Virus record (IMG/VR): IMGVR_UViG_3300034357_000690
Coordinates: 1-42,270 of that record
Length of the DNA stretch: 42,270 nt
DNA from: a virus
Lineage: Duplodnaviria; Caudoviricetes
Reading direction: 5' to 3' (one strand)
The position numbers and the translations under genes are program-made. The notes beneath the pieces were generated by a model. It ran no database searches, was not told the DNA's origin, and was given only the letters and a program-made list of their open reading frames with translations. How positions within the stretch are numbered: the stretch's first letter is position 1; the number at the start of each line of letters is the position of its first letter. Below are positions 35,149-42,270 of the stretch, in pieces.

Positions 35149-36350
35149 TGCGTCACCTTGCTTTCAACCATTGCGATCCGCTCCCCGATCCACCGCATGA
35201 CCGGCACGGCCATTGAGTTGCCCAACGCACGGTATCGCGGCCCGTCTGCGGCAGGCTTCTTCCGATACTCGACCAGCGTGTAATCGTCTGGGAAGCCTTG
35301 GAGCCGCTCACACTCGCGGGGCGTGAGGCGGCGGACGGCCATTGCCTGCTGCACGCCGCAGTAGCCTTGGCCTGGCTTTCCGCCACCGCTCGCAAGGGCG
35401 TGGGGCGGATCAACGTAATCGACCTCTCCACGCTGGTTTTCGCGGAACGCCACCACCGTCGTCGCCCGCGTGTCTCCTTGGTCAAAGCAGCTCATCGTCG
35501 GGCTGACTTCGCCCGGCACCCACGACTCGTCGTCGGTGGTGCTTTGGGCTCGCTTGGATTTGGTAAAGGCTAAGATGCCGCCTTGCTGGCCTTTGTCACA
35601 GTTGAGCGTCCCGGCGTGGTCGATGCAGTGTTCGCTGTTGGCTTGGTCGCCACCTCTCCAGATCGGCCCTTCACCAAGGGCGTTGAGCGGCTGCCCGTTG
35701 TCTCCGACAAATGTGTATTGCTGTTCTTTTGCGCTTGCCCCGCCAGTGCTTGCGCTAAGCGCTCTGGCAACTGACGCCCCCGTCTTTCCGCGCGTCGGAG
35801 GATTCCCGAACACGCTTTCGCGCTCAAAAAGTACCGCTGCGGCACGTCGCCAGTCTCCAAGGTGGCCGACAACGAACACACGGCGGCGACGCTGGGCGAC
35901 TCCAAACCATTGAGCGTCAAGAACGCGGTAGGCGAACCCATACCCGAGTTCGCCCAGCGCCCCGAGGAAGGTTCCAAAGTCCCGTCCTTTGCCGCTACTG
36001 AGCACGCCCGGCACGTTTTCCCAAACGATCCACTTGGGCTGCATGACAGCAGCAAGCTGGACGAATCGGAGGGCCAAGTTGCCACGCGGGTCAGCCAATC
36101 CGCCTCGAAGACCGGCAACGCTGAAGGACTGGCATGGGGTGCCTCCGACCAGAAGGTCAACTGGGCCGTGCTCATCTAGCATCTCCTCCGTGATTTTTGT
36201 CATGTCGCCCACGTTCACGAACCCAAACCGCTGTTCCACAACGGCCGCCGGGAACGGTTCAATCTCGCTCGTCCACCGGCAATCCCAGCCCAGCGGCTGC
36301 CAGGCGACGTGAGCCGCACCAATGCCATCGCACACGCTTGCGTAGTTCAT
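35145..36350 (-). CDS. DNA (cytosine-5) methyltransferase
   Basis: VCDGIG (motif I variant), GGTPCQSFS (IV), WENVPG (VI), QRRRRVF (VIII), RRLTPRECERLQGFPD (IX), GNSMAV (X). Confidence 0.95.
   Translation of the reverse strand: MNYASVCDGIGAAHVAWQPLGWDCRWTSEIEPFPAAVVEQRFGFVNVGDMTKITEEMLDEHGPVDLLVGGTPCQSFSVAGLRGGLADPRGNLALRFVQLAAVMQPKWIVWENVPGVLSSGKGRDFGTFLGALGELGYGFAYRVLDAQWFGVAQRRRRVFVVGHLGDWRRAAAVLFERESVFGNPPTRGKTGASVARALSASTGGASAKEQQYTFVGDNGQPLNALGEGPIWRGGDQANSEHCIDHAGTLNCDKGQQGGILAFTKSKRAQSTTDDESWVPGEVSPTMSCFDQGDTRATTVVAFRENQRGEVDYVDPPHALASGGGKPGQGYCGVQQAMAVRRLTPRECERLQGFPDDYTLVEYRKKPAADGPRYRALGNSMAVPVMRWIGERIAMVESKVTQ
35570..36175 (-). CDS. Nested alternative-frame ORF inside the methyltransferase (EcoHK31I beta-like candidate)
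   Basis: GGAGGAG 7 nt before ATG; 201 aa open; SLSATLETGDVPQRYFLSAKACSGILRRA. Confidence 0.55.
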   Translation of the reverse strand: MSTAQLTFWSEAPHASPSALPVFEADWLTRVATWPSDSSSLLLSCSPSGSFGKTCRACSVAAKDGTLEPSSGRWANSGMGSPTAFLTLNGLESPSVAAVCSLSATLETGDVPQRYFLSAKACSGILRRAERRGRQLPERLAQALAGQAQKNSNTHLSETTGSRSTPLVKGRSGEVATKPTANTASTTPGRSTVTKASKAAS

Positions 36351-36574
36351 TCTCGCACCTCCACCACCCGCACCGTCCTGGCCCGCCCCTCGTCCCACGT
36401 CACTCGTCCGTCGCGACGCAGCCGCCATAGCTTTTGCTGAACGTCCGAGTGGATCGACCCGATGACCGCAGCGATCTCCCGCATGGTCGGCGGATAGCCG
36501 CGCTCCGCGGTTAGGTCGACGATCGCGTCGATGACAGCGAGCTGCTTGGGGGTGGTGGTGGTGGCGGTTGTCAT
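36347..36574 (-). CDS. LexA N-terminal DNA-binding-domain-only protein
   Basis: TPKQLAVIDAI...GYPPTMREIA..IG......V...L..L...G......RART; no peptidase domain. Confidence 0.85.
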   Translation of the reverse strand: MTTATTTTPKQLAVIDAIVDLTAERGYPPTMREIAAVIGSIHSDVQQKLWRLRRDGRVTWDEGRARTVRVVEVRE

Positions 36575-37431
36575 GCGGGGCCTCCGGCGGTTGCACGTTG
36601 CTTGTCGATCGTTGCTTGGAGTCTTGCGGCGTCGTCGCCGCTCCACCCGACGGCCCGGGGCCGCTCGTCGGCCGCAGGGGCCCCCTTCGGGGTCTTCTGT
36701 GAGTCGTACTGACCGCCCAGCACCTTGGTCACGAACCCGTCCACCGTGAACTGGTGCAGCGTCACCGGGCTATCGAAATACCGGCAGCCGGCCAGCCGGG
36801 GGATCGCCTCCAGGGCGGAAGCCAGCCACCCGTCCTGGACGATGACCTTCGGGGCGTGATCCGGTGGGCGGGGAGACTTCCAGGTGCTTCGGCGGGTCGC
36901 CGGTCCGGCCCCGGCGTTCCATGCCGCCAGGATGGTCTCCCATGCTTCCCCTGGCGAAGCCTCACGCGGAGGAGGAGGAATTGTCCTCTCTCTCCTCTCC
37001 TCTCCTCTGCGACGATCGGGCGTCGGACCTTCCGACGCACCAGCGTCGGAAGCCCCGTTTGGGCGTTTTCGCCCGGGATTTCGGTCTTCGTGGGCCCGTG
37101 AACGGTCGGATTGCTGCATTCTCGACTTGGCACACTGGCTGAACCGCCGATCCCATCCGGGGACGGCCACGGTTCCACCAGCCTCGTCGATATGAAGCCA
37201 CCCGACTGCCGCCACGGCAAGCCAGAAGGACTCGTCTGCCCCGCACGTTCGCACCAGCCGAGGTAGGGTCATGCGGGCCGACCCGTCGGTGCAGTGCATC
37301 GATGCCCAGCCCCAGAGCTTCCAGAGGCGGAAGCAGACGACCTCGACCGGTTGCCCGGTCGTGTCGATCAGCTCCTGCACCTCCGGCTTGAGGTCGAGGG
37401 CGAGGTCAACTGCTAGCCATTCACCGGCCAT
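36571..37431 (-). CDS. Phage replication initiator/organiser-like protein
   Basis: MAGEW...KPEV...LWKLWGWA...VGWL, low-complexity linker, C-terminal domain. Confidence 0.65.
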   Translation of the reverse strand: MAGEWLAVDLALDLKPEVQELIDTTGQPVEVVCFRLWKLWGWASMHCTDGSARMTLPRLVRTCGADESFWLAVAAVGWLHIDEAGGTVAVPGWDRRFSQCAKSRMQQSDRSRAHEDRNPGRKRPNGASDAGASEGPTPDRRRGEERRERTIPPPPREASPGEAWETILAAWNAGAGPATRRSTWKSPRPPDHAPKVIVQDGWLASALEAIPRLAGCRYFDSPVTLHQFTVDGFVTKVLGGQYDSQKTPKGAPAADERPRAVGWSGDDAARLQATIDKQRATAGGPA

Positions 37432-38011
37432 AGATCGCACTCCGAAGTCCATCCATGAACTCATCTCCAAACTGCCGGCGTAGCTTTTCGGCAGCCTTGG
37501 CCGGGTCGCGAGGGATGTAGACCTGGCGGTTCTCGCGGACGCCAGCCCTGACGAGAGCAGCGTTGGCCGACATCTCGCCAGCCATCACGGCCGCGACCGT
37601 CTCGGCGTTGCACTCGCGCTGCACGCGGGAGATCGAGTAGGCGCGGGTCGTGCCGTGGACTGACTCTATTCCCCTACTAATAGTAGGGGTTTCCTCGGTT
37701 GCTTTCGGGCGGCCGGGCTTGCCCTTCATCGCTTCCCGAAACGAGGCGAGCGCCTCCGGGTCGTCGCGGATCACGGCCTCGACCGCAGTTGGATCTTCGC
37801 CCCAACCGCTGACCGGCTTCGACGTGATGAGCTCGCGCAGGCTGGCGAGCTCGACCACCTTGCCGTGGACCGTCCGCCGCTCCCACGCTCTGGTTGCAAT
37901 GACCTTTTTCAGCAGCGAAGGGAACTGGCGAAGCCCGCCGGTAGCTTCGTATAGCGACTCGATCGTCGACTGGCACAGTTGGCCGCGCTCGATCTCGTTG
38001 AGGTCAAGCAT
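37421..38011 (-). CDS. Hypothetical probable DNA-binding protein
   Basis: PGRPK hook, GEMSANAA; overlaps both neighbours. Confidence 0.65.
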   Translation of the reverse strand: MLDLNEIERGQLCQSTIESLYEATGGLRQFPSLLKKVIATRAWERRTVHGKVVELASLRELITSKPVSGWGEDPTAVEAVIRDDPEALASFREAMKGKPGRPKATEETPTISRGIESVHGTTRAYSISRVQRECNAETVAAVMAGEMSANAALVRAGVRENRQVYIPRDPAKAAEKLRRQFGDEFMDGLRSAIYGR

Positions 38012-39755
38012 ACTTAGACGCCTCCGCTAGGATCGACGCCAACTTGGACCGCAACTCAATCTCGGTCATATCCTTCTGCGGCTTAAACTTGCAGTGGATC
38101 TCCTTTACGTCGCACTCGGCCAGCTTCGACAAACGAAACGCCTGCTGTTGGCACTTCCTGCGTAGTTCGTCCAGCAACTCCTCTTTGCTCTTCACTGGAT
38201 GCGATACATTCTCAGCCTGAATCGCTGCCTGGCCGAAGTGGTGCATAACAGCCAGCACCTTCTGCATCGGAATGGACTCAGCCTCGGATATTTGCTGTAT
38301 CCTCCGCGCAACTGATTCCGAGACAGTCTCACCTCCGATCATCACAAGATCGGTGCCGTCGTGCGCGGTAGAGAAAGACTCAAACAGTGAAGCCTGCGTA
38401 TTCTCAAAAGGCTCGCGATCGATTCCGCAATCATCGCGCTGCGTCCGCAACGCCTGCACTTGAGCGTTTTCGATGTTTTGAGCGCATGTAATCAAGCGCG
38501 GGTCAGCGGGCAGATACACATAAGCCTCGCGGTCCTCTTTGCCCCGATATCGCGACACCCTTCCGACGAGTTGCCTGAAGAAAAGCTCGGAGGTTGTGTT
38601 AGTCAGGTAGCACAAGACCTGAAGCCGCTTGATGTCAGTTCCTTCGCTAACCTTGCGTACAGCCACAATCCACTCTTTCCTCCCGTCTCTGAAAGAGCGA
38701 GCCGTGTCGTTTTCGATCTCCGAATCGCTGACGATGACGCTGGGTTCGCATCCAGTTTCTTGGCGAATCACCTCAGCGACCATCACGGCGTGGGCCTGGT
38801 CGATGCAAGCCGCAATCGCTGCGGCGTCGTCAAAAGACTTTCGGAGATCGATCAGCTTTTGGTGGGCCATCCGTATCTGCTCGCGAACGAACTCACCTCG
38901 TGCATCGAGCAACCTACGCAGCAACTTCGCTGCCTCGTCTTCAGAACTGTCGCTCGACAACGTGTGTGATTGCCCAGTGGCGTCGTGAGTGATCGTGCCC
39001 CGCGAGTAATCAAAGACAAGAAACCGAACGACTTCGTCATTCAAGGCGTGCGGATAGTCGTAGGAATAGTCGCCAACAGCAAATCCGTTTCCGTCGTATC
39101 GCACCCAAGGGATCGCCGTGCCGTCGCTCCTCCATGCTGTGCCAGACATCAAAAGACGCTCCTGCGCCAACTCAAACGCATCCTTGATGCCGCGACCGAA
39201 GCTCGCGTCGTCGCCGCAGTGATGGATCTCATCAAAGATCACCATAGTGGGCGCAACGCTACACAGTTTCCGAAAAAGAAGCGGCTGGCTCGCCACCAAG
39301 CCGTATGTCGCAACGCCACCTTGAAATCCGTGCTTGAAGTTTGTGCCAAACTCTTTTGTCTGAAGCTCAAGTCCGTGCCTTGCAGCCTCTTCACGCCACT
39401 GCTCGCGCAGGTTGTCGGTTGGAACTACGACTATCAGTCGACGATCCGACCCTGCAGCTATCCATTTCCGTGCGGCATGAAGGGCCGCCATCGTCTTGCC
39501 GCCGCCTGGGATGACTATCAGAAGAAAATCCCGACAAGTTCTAGCCATCCACTGGCGGTAAAACTCTTCTTGCCAGCGGCGAGGATCTTGCATCCAGTCG
39601 CCCTTCTTCAGGTTTGCTGCCTGTGAAATCAGTTGGCAGTTTTCCACCGATGTCTGCCCTCCCTTGCTGTGAGGAATGACGTGATCGCCGTGCCCGGAGG
39701 CCCCGGTCACAAGCTCCACCGCTTGCTTCTGTTTTTTTGAGAACAGCCTGCTCAC
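38004..39755 (-). CDS. HNH nuclease-SF2 (ResIII-like DExH) helicase fusion
   Basis: DHVIPHSKGGQTSVENCQ...N; PGGGKT, DEIHH, SGT, EGTDI, QLVGRVSR. Confidence 0.85.
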   Translation of the reverse strand: MSRLFSKKQKQAVELVTGASGHGDHVIPHSKGGQTSVENCQLISQAANLKKGDWMQDPRRWQEEFYRQWMARTCRDFLLIVIPGGGKTMAALHAARKWIAAGSDRRLIVVVPTDNLREQWREEAARHGLELQTKEFGTNFKHGFQGGVATYGLVASQPLLFRKLCSVAPTMVIFDEIHHCGDDASFGRGIKDAFELAQERLLMSGTAWRSDGTAIPWVRYDGNGFAVGDYSYDYPHALNDEVVRFLVFDYSRGTITHDATGQSHTLSSDSSEDEAAKLLRRLLDARGEFVREQIRMAHQKLIDLRKSFDDAAAIAACIDQAHAVMVAEVIRQETGCEPSVIVSDSEIENDTARSFRDGRKEWIVAVRKVSEGTDIKRLQVLCYLTNTTSELFFRQLVGRVSRYRGKEDREAYVYLPADPRLITCAQNIENAQVQALRTQRDDCGIDREPFENTQASLFESFSTAHDGTDLVMIGGETVSESVARRIQQISEAESIPMQKVLAVMHHFGQAAIQAENVSHPVKSKEELLDELRRKCQQQAFRLSKLAECDVKEIHCKFKPQKDMTEIELRSKLASILAEASKYA

Positions 39756-40102
39756 GTCGCACCTCCAGTTGCTTTCCATAACCTCGCCCCTGCCGTACCG
39801 TGCCCCTTACGCCGGGCCGCGAACCCGACCGACACGATCTTGTTTTGTTTTGCCAGCCCGGAGAACACCGACCCGAACGCTCTGGCGTCGTGCGGCACCA
39901 GGCCCAGCCGCTGGCAGTGATCGACCAGTTCCTCGCCCGTCATGGCACGGCCAGACTTCGTGAGGGCCTCGAGGATCGCCGCACGGGCCGCGCCGGTGTC
40001 GAAGCCGGCCACCCGCTCGGCTTTCGCCGTACAGGCCGCTGCGGGCTGCGAGAACAGCGGCAGTGCGGAGATCGCATCGTCGGTAGACCATGACGCCGTC
40101 AT
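39752..40102 (-). CDS. Winged-helix-like hypothetical protein
   Basis: AILEAL...MTGEELVD...AFGSVF..L; ATGA coupling. Confidence 0.65.
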   Translation of the reverse strand: MTASWSTDDAISALPLFSQPAAACTAKAERVAGFDTGAARAAILEALTKSGRAMTGEELVDHCQRLGLVPHDARAFGSVFSGLAKQNKIVSVGFAARRKGHGTAGARLWKATGGAT

Positions 40103-40233
40103 GCCACCACCCCGCCGCGGCCCTCGACCGCATCCGCGATCAGATCGACCGTCACGTCGGCCGGCGAGTCGCCGGCCTCCCATGCCGCGATGAGCTGCTT
40201 CACCACCGAGATCACTACAACGTCATCCGCCAT
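40099..40233 (-). CDS. Small hypothetical protein
   Basis: GGAGG RBS; coupled to the next gene. Confidence 0.55.
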   Translation of the reverse strand: MADDVVVISVVKQLIAAWEAGDSPADVTVDLIADAVEGRGGVVA

Positions 40234-40369
40234 TTCAGTCCTCCATGCCTTAAAACAATCACTCGTGTACCGCACCCATCCGTAGGTTGTGCCGCGTGAC
40301 GTGCGGCGACCGGTCGAAGTCACTGGTCAACTGGCGGGAAGATTCGCCACCCAGCCCCCGGCTGCGGAG

Positions 40370-40669
40370 TTATGTCGCGACCACCGCTTGCGCTCTCCCC
40401 GCAGCCGATGAAGAGGCAGCCGCTTGGTTACCGGCTGGGAGCGGCCGGAGTTTCGCGAGAACGTCCTGGAGGTTGGCTATCTGCTGCTGAATCTTGATTG
40501 CCGCCATCTCGTCAGCGGCTGCCACAGTCGGGAGGAAGCGATCCGACGACTCCAGGTCGTCGAGGTGCTTTCGCCTGACGTATGTCAAATCGCCGACGAC
40601 GACCGTCTCGCCGCTGATTCGGTAGATTTCGCCGTTGGGGAAGACGTGGGTTTGGTACAGGGTTGCCAT
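40370..40669 (-). CDS. Hypothetical protein
   Basis: AAAGGA RBS. Confidence 0.65.
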   Translation of the reverse strand: MATLYQTHVFPNGEIYRISGETVVVGDLTYVRRKHLDDLESSDRFLPTVAAADEMAAIKIQQQIANLQDVLAKLRPLPAGNQAAASSSAAGRAQAVVAT

Positions 40670-40701
40670 GTGGTTTTCCTTTTTCTGAAAAGTGGAATGA
40701 G

Positions 40702-41190
40702 TCAGAAGGGGATGTCGTCGCCGCTCGCACCGGTGGCCGCGTCCGCCTTTTGAGTGGCGGTGCGATTGGCTCGAGGAGCCGCGGCTGGCTTCGGGTCAGC
40801 GGCCCCCGTGCCGGTCGCAGGCATGAATCCGTTTACGTACACCCGCTGGTTGCCGTCCTGGTCGAGCACCGGCTCGCCGTCCTTCACGGCACGCTTGGAG
40901 GCGATCGAGACGACCTGGCCGGCGATCGAGTCGTCGATCTCCGCGTCCCACGCCCGGCCGAGAGCAGCGTTGAGATCCATCGCCGTTCGCTGGTCGCGTT
41001 TATTGTCCGGTGACAGCCACTTCTCGACCTGGTCGTAGGAGTCGGCCACGTCTCGAAACACAAGGACAGCAAACTCCTGGCCTGTCTTCTTGCTCGTCAC
41101 GCTCTTGACCTTGACGATCTCTACGTCGTGATCGCCGTCCGGCAAAGTGCTGGCTGCAAAATCCTGGTCTGTGAACTTGTCGAACCTCAC
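40702..41190 (-). CDS. Single-stranded DNA-binding protein (DUF669-like)
   Basis: LPDGDHDVEI N-terminus, acidic DDIPF tail, next to the AAA_24 gene. Confidence 0.75.
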   Translation of the reverse strand: MRFDKFTDQDFAASTLPDGDHDVEIVKVKSVTSKKTGQEFAVLVFRDVADSYDQVEKWLSPDNKRDQRTAMDLNAALGRAWDAEIDDSIAGQVVSIASKRAVKDGEPVLDQDGNQRVYVNGFMPATGTGAADPKPAAAPRANRTATQKADAATGASGDDIPF

Positions 41191-41384
41191 GTTGTCACCT
41201 CTGGTGTGTAGGGCTTGGTACTGATCTTCACGATCCGGTCGGCGTCGCCGATCAGGGCGTCGTCGATGATTGACTTGGCACGGTTGAAACTCACCGCACC
41301 ACGCTTGAACGCGACCGCGGTGTCCTCGACGAGCTGCATGGCCGCCGCGTGGCGGGCCTCCTCGTCACGTTCGACCTGGTTCAT
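41187..41384 (-). CDS. Hypothetical protein
   Basis: GGAGG RBS, overlaps on both sides. Confidence 0.6.
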   Translation of the reverse strand: MNQVERDEEARHAAAMQLVEDTAVAFKRGAVSFNRAKSIIDDALIGDADRIVKISTKPYTPEVTT

Positions 41385-42270
41385 GCGGGAACCTCCTCGG
41401 GTGACAGAACTCCACGACGCTTTGAGATCGCGTTGCCCAGCGTGTTTCGCTGGCTCTCGGTCAGGTCGCCGGCCGTCACGGCGTCGTCGGCGTCGCCCTC
41501 GATCACGTCCAGCTCCTCAACCGACGCCGCGGCCTTGACGCGGTCGCCCCAGCCGGGCTTCGACGCCGGAACGCTGGCGAACAGCGGGGCCAACGCCTCA
41601 ATGGTCATGGGCAGCTCCGGGGGCAGCCCGTAGCGGTTTTTGGCGTCGAATGCGGCCGTCCGCTCGGTGTGCAGCACCCGCTCCTTGCCGCCCTTCGCAC
41701 GGGTGCGGCCATCCTCGCCAGCGACGAGACGGGTCTTGTAGTTCGCAAAGAGGATGCAGTCGGCCCACTCTTTGACGAGCGGCCCGCTCTGCTTGGTCAG
41801 CTTTAACTCAAACCGGTCGTAGCCCTCGTCCATGTCCGGCGGGCTGCACCGCTTGACGGTTGTGTGGCACACGACCACCACGTTGATGCCACGCTCGACC
41901 AACGAGTCGCAGACCGTGAGGAAGCGACCGATCGCCTCCGCGACCATCGTGTAGCCCTTGCCGAATCCGAAGTCTTCGATGCTCCGCTTCTGGGCCTTGG
42001 AAAGAAGGTTCTCGATGAGGAGCCGCTCCAGCCAGTCGCCGGAGTCGATCACGACCGTCTGGTATCCCTGCGAGTCGCGAGCCAACTCGTGCAGGGTTCC
42101 CTCGGCCTCGAGGTAGTTCGTGATCGTCACCCGATCCACGTCGAGGTGGTTCGTGCCGTCCTCGGTGTCGAGCACCAGGGGTTTCGGGAACTGGCTGGCA
42201 AGTGTGCTTTTGCCGATTCCCTCAACACCGTGCAGCACCACCCGCTTTGCAGTCTGCCGCTTTCCCTTCG
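41381..42270 (-). CDS. AAA_24 / Sak4-like ATPase (5' end beyond the window)
   Basis: HGVEGIGKST Walker A, LDTEDG, VVIDSGDWLE, FGKGY, KEWAD, AKNR. Confidence 0.85.
   Translation of the reverse strand, partial: KGKRQTAKRVVLHGVEGIGKSTLASQFPKPLVLDTEDGTNHLDVDRVTITNYLEAEGTLHELARDSQGYQTVVIDSGDWLERLLIENLLSKAQKRSIEDFGFGKGYTMVAEAIGRFLTVCDSLVERGINVVVVCHTTVKRCSPPDMDEGYDRFELKLTKQSGPLVKEWADCILFANYKTRLVAGEDGRTRAKGGKERVLHTERTAAFDAKNRYGLPPELPMTIEALAPLFASVPASKPGWGDRVKAAASVEELDVIEGDADDAVTAGDLTESQRNTLGNAISKRRGVLSPEEVPA

Noticed and set aside
40234-40369. Intergenic stretch with small hairpins, considered as a tRNA or ncRNA
   Set aside because: No cloverleaf or T-loop consensus could be built; an Infernal/tRNAscan search would be needed
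5460-42270. Many long + strand ORFs (e.g. 7574..8686, 15302..16390, 19978..21228, 31648..32913)
   Set aside because: Antisense shadows of well-supported - strand genes, expected in high-GC DNA
1-42270. Prophage with integrase or att sites
   Set aside because: No recombinase, host genes or att-like flanking repeats seen; the window ends inside the AAA gene, so lifestyle cannot be determined

Overview
The window looks like most of a GC-rich tailed dsDNA phage genome (siphovirus-like: lambda-family portal, protease-capsid fusion, TP901-type tape measure). A planctomycete host is my inference from the gene content and is not verified. There are two convergent arms. (1) The + strand arm (about 1-5460) has a structured non-coding left end, sigma70-like promoters carrying a repeated 17-bp operator-like motif, and a row of small genes separated by similar hairpin plus CA-rich leaders. 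These include two HTH proteins, a TGT/DpdA-like protein and a stand-alone Prim-Pol domain. (2) The long - strand arm (42270 to about 5380) runs through: AAA_24 ATPase and SSB, an HNH-SF2 helicase insert, a replication protein, a LexA-N domain protein, a C5 DNA methyltransferase with a nested alternative-frame ORF, RuvC-like resolvase, TerL, head genes, LamG/FN3 proteins, a glycosyltransferase-methyltransferase-propeller cluster inside the structural operon, tail genes, a phosphoesterase/DUF6378 cassette, and a membrane-protein/papain-like peptidase module. I saw no integrase, classical endolysin, tRNA or CRISPR array. All family calls come from recognising motifs by eye; no database search was run.
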